Shown: piece by piece, positions 1-12,136 of the stretch
Layout of the letters: each line of letters starts with the position of its first letter
Position numbering within the stretch: position 1 is the first letter of the stretch
Made by a program: the position numbers and the translations under genes
Assembly: GCF_003918875.1 (NCBI RefSeq)
Contig: NW_025766792.1
Location: forward strand, 620,001-684,000
Source: Haliotis rubra
Taxonomy: Eukaryota
Direction of reading: 5' to 3'
Length of the DNA stretch: 64,000 nt
The notes under the pieces: generated by a model
What the model was told of the DNA's origin: nothing
What the model saw: the letters and a program-made list of their open reading frames with translations, nothing else
The model's database searches: none

Positions 1-77
1 CTGATGATATTAGTTTTTAAGGGGTTCCAACCAGTGTTCACGTAACAGTTTCTAAGATGACACCTTTCCTTAAAGAA

Positions 78-628
78 GACGCCTTCTCCTTTCCCAGCCC
101 TAAACTGTGGAAATCTCTGCTAAATACCCATCTTTTCACTGCTGCCTTTCTGTAAAGTTATATGAACTATTTCCTTCCCCAATATTGTCACAGCACCACT
201 GAGGTGAGGTGAAATTGGGTTTAACGTCGTGCTTGAGAATATTTCGCTCATATGATGACGTGCATGCGTGTGTATGTGTAGGTGCGGCTGCTTGTACTAG
301 CCCAGACTTAAGCTGGTTTTATAGTGCTAGCCCACTGAGATACCATGCCGCAGTGACGCATGAATACCCCACTCAGACACATTATACTGACTCCGAGCCG
401 ACCAGTCCTTGTTGTACCCATTAATGCCGAGAGCCAGGCAGGACCAACAAGTACCATATTTTAACGTCTTTTGGTATGACGCGGCTGGGGATCGAACCCG
501 CGACCTTCCGTTCCCCGGGCGGACGCTCTAGCCACTACACCACGGAGGCGGTCAGCGCCACTGAGCATCTCTATGGTGGATATTAGGCGCTTTATAAATA
601 CATTATTATTATTATTATTATTATTATT
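78..628 (+). mobile_element. 3' end of an L2/CR1-group LINE, interrupted by a V-SINE
   Basis: Degenerate RT C-terminus DAFSFPSPKLWKSL...LNTHLFTAAF, then an L2-type tail (agcgcc..tgagca...ggcgctttataaat) and (ATT)n. Confidence 0.65.
204..553 (-). mobile_element. tRNA-derived V-SINE (family C), full length
   Basis: A box (TGGTGTAGTGG) and B box (GGTTCGATCCC), V-domain-like gtcataccaaaagacgttaaaatatggtac, (CACCT)n tail, 13-bp TSD cagcRccactgag at 191-203 and 553-565. Confidence 0.85.
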
Positions 629-1154
629 AAAGATGTATGTGTTAAGAACAATGATTGTGGATGTTGCTGAACAGATAAAACATGCAGAACTGCCACATCT
701 CATAAATACAGCTGTGAGCTGGATTATATCCTGGCTTAACAAAGCGTTTTATGTAACGTCACAACAACTTGTACTACCACTATACCATACTGGGACCAGT
801 GAGTTCAAGAATACGAGGTCTTGCTTAAAAAAACTGTCAAGTCGCCATTGAGGAAAGGTATATAGTCCCAGTGGTTTTCTCTTTTTAACAGAATTGTTTG
901 CCACTATCTTTCGTCCTCTTGGAAACAGATCCAACATACTATTCTCCTAACAACATACTCAGTAACAATTACAGTTTCCTTTAGAAATCAAATCATTTCG
1001 AAATACAGCCTACATACATTATCTATTATCCATAGTTAACAAGAATTCACAATACTGGTACTGATACTGACTAGAAAATCTATTTATTTGACTGAAATTT
1101 TGGGCTCACACTGTATTGTGTTAAGATGTCATGCGGTTAATAGTACCCACTAAC

Positions 1155-1442
1155 CTTGGTGTTTGGTGTTGTTGGGAACATCCATGGCCACCTCAGGTGA
1201 CACAGGGTCGTCAAAAACAGGTGTGCAAGAATCAGAGAATGATGAAAGGTTAGCTGGTGCGCTCTCCGAGGATAACGAACGCTCCTCCGCAATACCAGAA
1301 GTTGAAAGGTCGTTGTCAAGGGGAACACTCAAACCTGCCAATTTCCTCTTCCCACTCTTCTAGTGACTGATAACCTGCTTTCCCAAACTCTAAAATTGTG
1401 TTGCCCTGTAGGCGAAGGATCCCATCCTCATCACCTTGTTGC
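1155..1442 (-). CDS. AFAP1-like: AFAP1-like exon leading into probable PH2; two in-frame TAG codons as assembled
   Basis: ctcttgttgccag|GC AAC...CAA G|gttagt; 288 nt, phase 1-1. NKVMRMGSFAYRATQF*SLGKQVISH*KSGKRKLAG...NNTKHQG; stops at 1390-1392 and 1360-1362. Confidence 0.68.
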
Positions 1443-1671
1443 CTGGCAACAAGAGAAAGAGAGTTACGGCATGTCTCTTGTACCACCAGCAGGTATCCAA
1501 TCACAAAGAATTATTTCATCATATAAGACGACCAGACCCTCGCTTGACTGGATGATGTCCTCCTACCAGCTCAGGTTGACAACCTTCCCAGATTATAATC
1601 TATTTTTATCAATATATTTGTGCCTTTATTTGCTCAGTGCCACACTCACCAATATTCGAGCTATCTCGTGT

Positions 1672-1767
1672 AACTATTTGAGTCAGGACCAGACAATCTA
1701 GTGACTGATAACTGTTTGAGTCAGGACCAGACAATCTAGTGACTGATAACTATTTGAGTCAGGACCT
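1672..1767. repeat. 38-bp tandem repeat, about 2.5 copies, derived from a family-B body segment
   Basis: Unit aactatttgagtcaggaccagacaatctagtgactgat resembles family-B gagtctggaccagacaatccagtgat. Confidence 0.75.
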
Positions 1768-1848
1768 GATAAAAGTCCCTCAACAGAGAAATATTACAAT
1801 CAAAACACTTAAGAAACTGATATTACGATAAAGTCCCTCAACAAACAT

Positions 1849-2081
1849 GGGATGGTAGTGTAGCCTAGTGGTTAAAGCGTTTGCCCATCAGGCAAAAGTG
1901 AGTGAGTTAAGATTTTAAGTCACATTGGCAATATTTCAGCCATATCGTGACTTCCATCAGGCCAAAGACCTGGGTTAGATTCCCAATGGGTACAGTGTGT
2001 GAAGCCCATTTCTGGTGTCTCCGACGTAATATTTCTGGAATATTGCCAAAAGCAGCTTTAAAAACATACTTACTCACTCAC
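1849..2081 (+). mobile_element. tRNA-derived SINE family A, interrupted by a 55-bp family-D stub
   Basis: tagcctagtggttaaagcg...gtgaagcccatttctggtgtc...(ACTC)n; insert at 1899-1953 with a 14-bp TSD. Confidence 0.85.
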
Positions 2082-2808
2082 TTTAAAAAATCAGTTGCCA
2101 TTTTATGTTCCTTCATGCAATTATGTACAAGAGTTATCTCCCTTTCACTGCTAGCCATGCTGTCAACTTAGGATAATCTTAAACTAATCATTGGAATAAT
2201 TTTAAAGCCATCAAAACCTAATCATTTGGTAGCATTAAGACATTTGGACATAGGTGCAGGATCACACGCAAACACACACACGAAATAAAAATACAAATGA
2301 TAGTGAAACATTCTCACCCTCCTCAATCATCAAGGAACCAAACCATCATTATATCATAAAGTATATGTTGGACCTATTTGCCACCACAATGTTTTTGAGA
2401 CAGGTTTGAATGTCACAACATCATATAAAGCCCTCCAGACTAATGACGCTGATCATTCAAGTCTGTAACAAGCAGTGACATCACCTGTACTTGGTCTACC
2501 TGATCTTGTTTCAGCTCAAGTAAAACAGTGAGCTTCTTGACTTCACTCAACACAACATACATTTCAGCTCAAAGTTAATTAAAAACAGTCACATTCTCCA
2601 TCAGATATACTGACAGCTTGATCTTATATGTAGAGTGCACCAAACTCACTTTCAGTCATTACTGACTTCAAGGTCATGAGTGATTCTGTGTAACGACAGG
2701 GAAGGGGATGAGGCTATAGAGAAGTTGATTGTATGTCACAACTGACGGAGATATGATTCACTGGATGATCGAAGAGGCAAGCAAACAGGTGAGAGTTGAA
2801 AGTGTTAC

Positions 2809-2890
2809 CTCGCATCTTGGCCTTCCCATCTTCCGGCCCGAAGCCGTCGCTGGACATGGACAAATTGGAGTTGGAAGCATTCAGGTCCGG
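2809..2890 (-). CDS. AFAP1-like: AFAP1-like exon (Ser-rich linker between PH domains)
   Basis: attttccag|CCG...CGA G|gtaaca; 82 nt, phase 0-1; PDLNASNSNLSMSSDGFGPEDGKAKMR(G). Confidence 0.8.
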
Positions 2891-3257
2891 CTGGAAAATA
2901 ACACAAAATATTTACCCCAATTCATCCTCACAGACTACTGACACACTTGTGCTGCTTCAAAGGCCAATCTCATTAAGAATTCAGCAGAAAGGTCATGTAA
3001 TTAATACCATGCAGATTAAAACCTACAAAAAGTGTGGATGTAGGTGATGGCCTTTCCTAGAATACCGTCCCAGAAGTGTCACCTGCTTCTTATTCATGAT
3101 AATGACGGGTTACAAAGCCAGACAACTGGGCTTACATAATTCATGGAGCTAAACATCTGTTACAAACATATATACAAAGTAGAACAATATCCTAAAGAAC
3201 TTACTGCATAAACAAGTGGTAGGTAGTGACACCAAAAGTTTGGTTTTATTGGAAGCC

Positions 3258-3413
3258 AGTCTTGGTTTTACACCCGCTTTTAGCAATATTTCAGCAATAT
3301 CATGGCTGGGGACACCAGAAATGGGCTTCACACATTGTACCCATGTGGGGAATCGAACCCGGGTCTTCAGCATGACGAGCAGACGCTTTAACCACTAGGC
3401 TACCCCACTGCCC
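3258..3413 (-). mobile_element. SINE family A
   Basis: Reverse complement of the ~165-bp family-A consensus with intact A and B boxes. Confidence 0.88.
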
Positions 3414-4201
3414 TAACATCCAAAAGAAAGTTACTAGTCTTGAAATGTTCTTCTACGCATCTGAAGAATTTATAATACTAGTTTTATGGATAACAGTATC
3501 TTTCAGAGCAACTTAAATCCTTCATCAGTGAATACCGACACTTCTCCCATCCAAACACTGGTATGATACCATGACAATTTACAGCAACCCTGCTATATTA
3601 TACCTTAGGGAAAATATAAAAAAACATTTGCCATTTTAAAACTTTCTGTAAATTCATGGATTTTAATTTATTTCTAAGAGAAAATTGCCTAAACGTTTCA
3701 AGTTAAACCTTCCCATAATAAAGAGACAGTATCTTCACAAATAGAATCTGTATCATGCAACTAAGGGACGGTAAATCTTCATATCTTTATCTTCTGCAAG
3801 CACAGTTATTACAACCGCATATTGTGCTGATTAAGTCAGTAAATATACACAGAAAATATCCATTTGTTTTCTGCTGCAAGTACAGATTTATTACAACGAT
3901 GGATTCAGTCAGCATCGTCAAGATGGCAGGAGAATTAGCACGCAATTATTGTGCGTGTTACACGTTATTGACAAAATGTCAAGCACATAATTATCTGAAG
4001 ATTTAATAACCAAGTCGGTAATAGGATGGTTATGAGTCCACATGCATCAACTTCAAGCACACATGCATAACCCACCAGCACAAGCACATGTGTTGAAACA
4101 GACTGGTTCACGATCCAACATTTAGTGTAATGTCAGATATACTTGTTTTGTTCCGCTCACTGACAAGTTGCCCAGATCTCTTTTGTTTTTTTCAACAGTG
4201 A

Positions 4202-4447
4202 GTGAGTTAGTGAGTGAGTCAATATAGTTTTAGGCTACACTCAGCAATATTCCAGCTATATGGCGGCGGTCCATAAATAATGGAGTCTGGTCCAGACAAT
4301 CCAGTGATCAACAGCATAAGCATCGATCTACGCACTTGGGAACCGATGACACATGACAACCACACATGACCACCCGATCCCATTAGTCGCCTTTTACGAC
4401 AAGCACGGGTTATTGAAGATCAATTCTAACCCTGATCTTCACAGGTC
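4202..4447 (-). mobile_element. SINE-like retroposon family B (no tRNA head), full length
   Basis: About 250 bp, starts GACCTGTGAAGATC, ends (ACTC)n; perfect 14-bp TSD tttttcaacagtga at 4188-4201 and 4448-4461. Confidence 0.88.
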
Positions 4448-4659
4448 TTTTTCAACAGTGATCAAATTACGAGATGTTTTAGTAATTTTAGCACCAAGAC
4501 ATTTTCCTGTGTTGTTATGGTAACTAGACTGGTCGACATCATGAAAGTTGAGCTGGCGACATAAAGGTGATGATTCAAACACTTGCTAAACTCCCAATTG
4601 TCCCAGATAGAGACACCTTCCAGACTTACTGACAGAAGAATGTGTTGATTGGCCTAATC

Positions 4660-4770
4660 AGGGGGAAAACACCAAAACTGGGCTTCACACATTGTACCCA
4701 TGTGGGGAATTGAACCCGGGTCTTCGACATGACGAGCAAACGCTTTAACCACTAGGCTACCCCACCGGCC
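4660..4770 (-). mobile_element. SINE family A, partial
   Basis: tRNA head and mid body only. Confidence 0.8.
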
Positions 4771-4877
4771 CATCAGAAAGAATAAGAGGATTTGTTCCCA
4801 TCAACTTTGAACTTCGGTACAACTTTCACCAAGACGGTTGTCACACACATAGCCCCCATCATGCTATCCCCCTGGGG

Positions 4878-4908
4878 TGGTGGGGTGGGTGTGTGTGTGT
4901 GTGTGGGT

Positions 4909-4974
<66 letters not shown>

Positions 4975-5122
4975 GTCTAGTGGTTAAAGCGTTGACTCGT
5001 CATGCCGAAGACTCGGGTTCGAATCCCCACATGGGTACAATGAGTGAAGCCCATTTCTGGTGTACCCGCCGTGATATTGCTGGAATATTGCTAAAAGCGG
5101 CGTAAAACCAAACTCAGTCAGT
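4878..5122 (+). mobile_element. SINE family A with a (GT)n microsatellite expanded inside its head
   Basis: TSD tatccccctgggg at 4865-4877 and 5123-5135; (GT)n at about 4889-4971 sits just before the A box. Confidence 0.85.
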
Positions 5123-6939
5123 TATCCCCCTGGGGTCTCGATGTGTCAGATTGCAGAGGGACCATAAATTTACAGCGATCACTTACAAGTTGACAACCAA
5201 ATCTATGTTTAATAAGCCTTTGTGCTGGAGTGGCTTTGATTAATGTTTTCAAGACAAGATTTCAGCACCATGGCTGCCATGACTCCAATACAATTCCATT
5301 GGCTCACAAAAGTCAGGATTCCAAAATGTGAAAATATCCTGTATTTTGGTCTCAAACGTGCTGTAAATTAACAGACATTTGCAGAAATGACTGCTGGACC
5401 ACGTGATATAGAGCCCTGGTGATGACACATGAACCTCGTCTCTATAACAAGCTTCAGGTGTTCCATATCTTCAGTTCAGTATATTAACCCAACTTGCCTG
5501 CAGCTATGTGTATAAAAACATCAAAGAAACTACTTTCCTGATGACAAGTCAAGATAGAGAAATCTTTCATAAAATACTTTGAATATGTCAAAAGCAGACA
5601 TGTAAACACTTTATCATATTTGTCTTCAATTATTTTTTAAGTGACCTGACAAAGAACTTTTTCTCAAAAGACCTGAACAAATATTTAGTACTTCATTGAA
5701 AAACTTCAACAAAATTTGTGACTTATTGCCTCAATACATACATACAGATCTAAACATTAGAGACATAATAATACACAAAGGCGAACTAGGCAGTCTTAGG
5801 TTACACATAGATGCCAAGCATCAAACAGATCATAAGATTCAAATAGATCATGAATCTCAAACACATGTCTCTCACAGATGCAGAGCCTCTCTTAGAAATA
5901 TAGCAGGGCTTCAAATCTCATATATAAGGCTTCTCAAATAGAAGCTAGGTTTCAAATATGAGACAGGTCTCAAATAACAACTGGGTTTCAAATCAATGCA
6001 GTGTTTCAAGTACACACAGTCTCAAACTGATACATCTCAAATACAAGGTTTAACCTGAGTTTGGTTTCAAATAGATTTTGTCATCCCAAAATAGAAGTTG
6101 GGCATCAAACAGATGAAAAGTCTCAAAAAGAATTTTGAAAGTATTGATCGACATCAATTAAAACAAATTAGTAACCAGTGATCAACTATCAGCATTCAAG
6201 AAATGTATCCAGTGTGTCTCTGAAGCTGCTGGCTCACTTTTCATGATGCATCATACGTTCACATCTATTGTCTGACAATGAGGACACACTAGGGAGGGGA
6301 TGTGTCAAACACCGGGCAGTTTGAGTTTCAACATTTCCACAAGGGCAGCACGAAATTGGTTAATTCACCATCATATCTAACTTCACAGCCTGTGGTTAGG
6401 AATAAACTGCTAAAAACACTTTGAGATGCTCTCTTTCATCGCTGCCAGGTGTTGACACAACTGTCACGTTACTGGAACCATAGACTTTATCTAATAACCA
6501 TACACACGGGTTAGTTTTTCACATGTTTATCAAAACTTTTTAGGTCAACTCAAAACTCAAAATTATCGCAGTAGTGAAATAAGCTTCTTGTTTTATTTTA
6601 CAGATTGTCTTAGCTGTAGAATACAAGGAGGTATCAGTAAAAAAAGATTCATTTATAATACAATCAATGAAAAAATCTATCACTGATTTAGTACGGTATT
6701 TCCTCGTGACACACACCAGACTATGGGTATATTTCCAAGGGGAATGTAGTGCTTTTGCATCTAAGGATGTCAAAATGTTATGATATAATCTGAACACAAC
6801 TACTTTTTTGAAAATGTCCAAAGAAATGACAGGTGGAGATGGAAGTGAGGCAATCAAATTTTTATACGTTTTAGTTTTTTCATATTTTGCAGCATGTATG
6901 CAGTATGGGGACAAATCTCACATCATTAAAAAACGATGA

Positions 6940-7199
6940 GTGAGTGAGTGAGTTTAGTTTTCGCCACACTTAGCCATATTCCAGCTATATGGCGGCAGTC
7001 TGTAAATAATCGAGTCTGGGCCAGACAATCCAGTGATCAACGGCATGAGCATCGATCTGCACAACTGGGAACTGATGACATGTGTCAACCAAGTCAGCGA
7101 GCCTGACCACCTGATCCCATTAGTTGCCTCTTACGACAAGCATAGTCGCCTTTTGTGGCAAGCATGGAAGACCTTTTCTACCCCGGATCTTCACAGGTC
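6940..7199 (-). mobile_element. Family B, duplicated-hairpin subfamily
   Basis: TSD ttaaaWaacRatga; carries an extra tgcttgccacaaaaggcgacta module. Confidence 0.88.
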
Positions 7200-7220
7200 T
7201 TAAATAACAATGAAGTTAGT

Positions 7221-8316
7221 AATACACATTTAACCCCCTCTTTCAACTATCCTGTAATGATGATCTATCCTCATTGTGATCAACCAATACACATTTACCC
7301 CCTCTAGCAACAATCCTGTAATGATCTATCCTCATTGTGACCAACCAATACACATTAGCCCCCTCTAACAACAATCCTGTAACAATGACCTATCCTCATT
7401 GTGACCAACCAATATACATTAACCCAATCTAACAACAATCCTGTACTGATTATCTATCCTCATTGTGACCAACCAATACACATGAACCCCCTCTAACAAC
7501 AATCCTGTAATGATGATCTATCCTCATTGTGACCAACCAATACACATTAACCCCCTCTAGCAACAATCCTGTAATGATGATCTATCCTCATTGTGACCAA
7601 CCAATACACATTAACTCCCTCTAACAACTATCCTGTAACGATGACCTATCCTCATTGTGACCAACCAATACACATTAACCCCCTCTAACAACAATCCAGT
7701 AATGATGATCTATCCTCATTGTTCCCAACCAATACACATTAACCCCCTCTAACAACAATCCTGTAATGATGATCTATCCTCATTGTGACCAACCAATACA
7801 CACTAACCCCTCTAACAACAATCCTGTAATGATTACCTATCCTTATTGTGACCAACCAATACACATTTACCCAATCTAACAACAATCCTGTAATGATGAT
7901 CTATCCTCATTGTGACCAACCAATACACACTAATCCCTCTTACAACAATCCTGTAATGATTATCTATCCTTATTGTGACCAACCAATACACATTTACCCC
8001 CTCTAACAACAATCCTGTAACGGTGATCTATCCTCATTGTGACCAACGTTTTAATCCTGTAATGATGATCTATCCTCATTGTGACCAACCAATACACATT
8101 AACCCCCTCTAACAACAATCCTGTAATGATGATCTATCCTCATTGTGATCAACCAATACACATTAACCCCCTCTAACAACAATCCTGTAAAGATGATCTA
8201 TCCTCATTGTGACCAACCAATACACATTAACCCCCTCTAACAACAATCCTGTAAAGATGATCTATCCTCATTGTGACCAACCAATACACATTAACCCCCT
8301 CGAACAACAATCCCGT
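7221..8316. repeat. 64-bp minisatellite, about 17 copies
   Basis: Unit aatacacattaaccccctctaacaacaatcctgtaatgatgatctatcctcattgtgaccaacc. Confidence 0.95.
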
Positions 8317-9118
8317 ACATATTAGAAGATATGTCAATTGAAACATTTAATTATGAATCCCCTCCTGTGTGAATCTTGGCCACATCTTCACTCCGATACC
8401 TCCGATGATAGCTCCGATGATTCATGGAGACAGCCTGGACAACTAATGAGATCTAATTTCATAATGACATATCGACACAGGAAATAAACAATGTTGCCAG
8501 TGAGACTTTCTTTCATCTGGAGGAAGCGCTGTCCGACATGCACACATAAAGCACACAAATTGTGAATAATTCCCCCGGGATTGTTCCCGCTAATTGCTAC
8601 TGACCCAAGAGGTGCCCAATGGACTGGCCAAACTGTCCCGTCTCAGACTGGGATCAATGATGGATTATCTGAGGCAACTGCACTTTCTCTTACAGCTATG
8701 ACGATCTATTTTCAACAAAGGACATATGTTTTATTCCTTGTTATTGAAATGGAATGATTGAAGAACCTCGTTGAATCCAGCCAGCTATACAAAAGCTTAT
8801 TGAAATCTCTGTGCAGGTGCTACTTAACTTCAGAAACGGAAGGATTTGCTTAAATCCAAACAATCAACCAGGGGAGGTAATCATGACTGTACAAGTTGTA
8901 TGATGGATGTCCATGTTGCCATGGAAACGTGGGCAATTATCTCAGGGTAGACAAAAATATCATCAGATTTTCAATACATCAGGAAAATTCATTACTTCCA
9001 TAACACCAAAATACCCAAAATACATAAGATGATGTACCTGGTAAGTGATATCCAAGGGTGCCATTGTGCAAAACAAGCACAGCGCTACAGTTGTTGCAAG
9101 TCTATATTAAGGTATGAT

Positions 9119-9282
9119 GAGCGGTGGGGTAGCCTAGTGGTTATAGCGTTGGCTCGTCACGCAGAATACCAGGGTTTGATTCAACACATGGGTACAATGT
9201 GTGAAGCCCATTTCTTGTGTCCCCCGCAGTGATGTTGATGGAATATTACTAAAAGTGGTGTAAAACCAAACTCGCTCACTCA
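9119..9282 (+). mobile_element. SINE family A
   Basis: Matches the family-A consensus. Confidence 0.85.
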
Positions 9283-9933
9283 TAAAGGTATGAGAACTAC
9301 GATCACATAGCACAAAGGCTGGTTTGTACAGCTCCATAGGCCTTCAAATGACAACATTACCAATCTATGAGAGGCATGATCACAGGAATCCTGAGATTCG
9401 AACCACGATCATGGGATCCGCGATGCCTAAGGGAGGCAACTCTGCTTTACAATACTGGGCTATCAGTGACCACATACATGAGTACTACACCAGTTGCATC
9501 TTATTCTGAACAAGATTAACAACAGATGTCACAACTCACATGAAAAACTCAGAAATCAATAGCACATATGTGTAGTTTATCTACTCGAAATGAACGCTCG
9601 TACAAATGGGTTCCGATCATTAAATATTTCAAATGCATCAATCACAGAGGATCAGCTGATCCTGTCACTAGTCTGGCAAGGTCTCCTCACTATCACATTA
9701 CAAACTACCATATTTCACGTAATAAGAACCCTTTGAAGATTGTCAAAGAGGTGGGTTCATTAAAAAACCAAAACGACTTAGAATTTTTTTCAAAGAACCA
9801 GCAGTAGTGATCAAACTTAAAACATTGATCAAACTAAATCTCTTTCATTGGTCACTAGATAAATAACATTTAAGTCAGCCACTGTAACCATATGTAATAT
9901 ACAAAAGAGACAATAGTCTGTCATATACATACA

Positions 9934-10476
9934 TACACAAAGAACTTAATTAAGCACCCCTGTATTTTTGCAATGATCGGTTTTCAACACGTACATAAAA
10001 CTTCTCGTGGTGACCACGATGGAAAGTTTTTCTGACCCGTATGATCTTTTGACTAGACAAAATTATTGGAATCATGTTGGTTTTATGATGATAATTGCTC
10101 ATTTAAAACAACACTGATTTTCATACAAAACCAAGTATGTACAAGTATGGTCCTGGAATGTTTAACGTTGACTTCATTGGTGAATGTGAACATTCAAAAT
10201 GTCATTTTACGTGTCTTACATGATTCAAGGTCATTATCGAGTGTAACCACCATGTGACTGTATGACAGCCAGCTTTCTCCTCCTCATAACCCCTGTCAAC
10301 CTCCTTATCCTCTGAAGGGGCGGTCTACGCCATTCCTCGTGTAAAGCAGCTTCCAGTTGGACCAGGTTCTGTACAGGAGGATCCCTTTGTTGCACATGAC
10401 AACCAATTATGTCCTAGATATGCTCCAAAGGGTTAAGATAGGGGCTCATTCAATCCTAAGATATGTTCTTTGTGTA
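9934..10476 (-). mobile_element. Internally deleted Tc1-like element
   Basis: TIR-like ends tacacaaagaac / gttctttgtgta; the minus strand keeps C-terminal transposase remnants (LNPLEHI, QLEAALHEEWRR, MRRR, GGYTR). Confidence 0.72.
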
Positions 10477-11913
10477 TATTTTGATCTTACAAGAAGGGAG
10501 CTTATAAAGTTGACTTAAGGTTGGTGTGGAAGTGGGACTATTCTTGGGGTGTTCTTATTGGGACAGAGTGCTTGATAGAGTGACTACGGTATGCACAAGG
10601 TGACAAGCAATACAGATTACCACACATACACAGTCTACATTTCTCATACATTTCTTGTCTGTAGACGGCCTTAAAAACTATGTCCCACTCTGGTTGACCG
10701 AGCTCATCGCAACACTTGAACGCTCGTCCTTTTTTCAGAGGGAAACACCTGTATTACACACAATAATATATTTGCCGTCCAGCCAGTAGAGGTGACTTGC
10801 CACCAGTGTAACAAACCCAGGTGGAATCCTGTCTGGGATTTCGGTGTGTGATGAATGAACACTTTAACAACCTGACTATCCTAACCCAACCTCTGGGCAG
10901 TAGAACAATGGGCATTTCAGCACATTTGCACCATCACCCAGTGAGTGATGATAACTCGCTGTAGGTGATGACAACTGCTCCACACCACAGTTAACCCCTT
11001 CCAGCGCATGAAATGCACCTGGAGCAGAAAACAAGTTAAACCCTGTGGACTTCCAAACATCTATATACTGTCACTGTTCCCTTTCTGTACATCCAGGGTA
11101 CATCAAGACCGTGGTCAAATCAGCTGAATGCCCACAAGCCAGAGGCCAGTAGCTCTTGAATTGATCCAATAACATTTCTGTAAAGCTGGTTGAAGTAATT
11201 ACATACTTATTTAAAACATCCTTTGAAACTGTTGTCCTTTTGAATTCATTTCACTGTTTATCAGTAAACTGTATTTTTTTTCTGTTCATGTCTTAAAGCA
11301 TAAGAACCAATACACTGGCTACTTCACCGCTGTGTATTGTAATGGTTTCAAAACACACCAAAAAAAACAACCCCAGGATTTTAGGATAAGATAAAACGTG
11401 TAGGTTGTGGCTCACTGTAGGGCTAATAAAAACTGATTGGGTTGCAACAATGTCTGTTAACAAGACCTCCTGGCCAGTGAATGTCGATGGGATTGTAACA
11501 CTGTATGTTAAAGAGTCCTCTTGGCCCGTGAACAAGCAATTCATACGCTACATAAACAAAAACCATGAGTCATCATTCAGCGTGTCCTTTCAAGTCGATG
11601 TTTTAACATCTTCAACAGTTTTAACTCTACCTTAAAACCATAAACCTATCAAATATTTGCTTTAAGAAGTAAAATTAGAAAAAGTTTTATTTGTCATTTC
11701 AGTCAAATTATTCACTTTTGTACGCAAGTACGAAATGAAAACAGTTTTTGAGATGACCCCTGACCTGATTATACAGGAAGTGATTCATACCTCGATAAAA
11801 ACAGATGACAATGGTGTAGCAAATTACAATTATACCACACGCAGTCTGTGGCCGTGAGGAACCAGCCGTGGACGAACAACACTCACAGAAGACAGAGGGT
11901 TATCAACAGTAAG

Positions 11914-12136
11914 AGTGAGTGAGGTAGTTTTACCCTGCTATATGGCGGCGGTCTGTAAATAAGCGAGTCTGGACCAGACAATCCTGTGATCAACATCATG
12001 AGCATTGATCTGCGTAATTAGGAACCGATGACATGTGTCAACCAAGTCAACGAGCCTGACCACCCGATCCCGTTAGTCGCCTCTTGCTACAAGCATGGGT
12101 TACTGAAGGCACATTCTAATCGACCTTCACAGGTAC
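11914..12136 (-). mobile_element. Family B
   Basis: Full-length match with a diverged TSD. Confidence 0.85.

Noticed and set aside
1360-1374. 15-nt GT...AG micro-intron removing the second stop
   Set aside because: Far below normal animal spliceosomal intron size, and the first TAG would remain.
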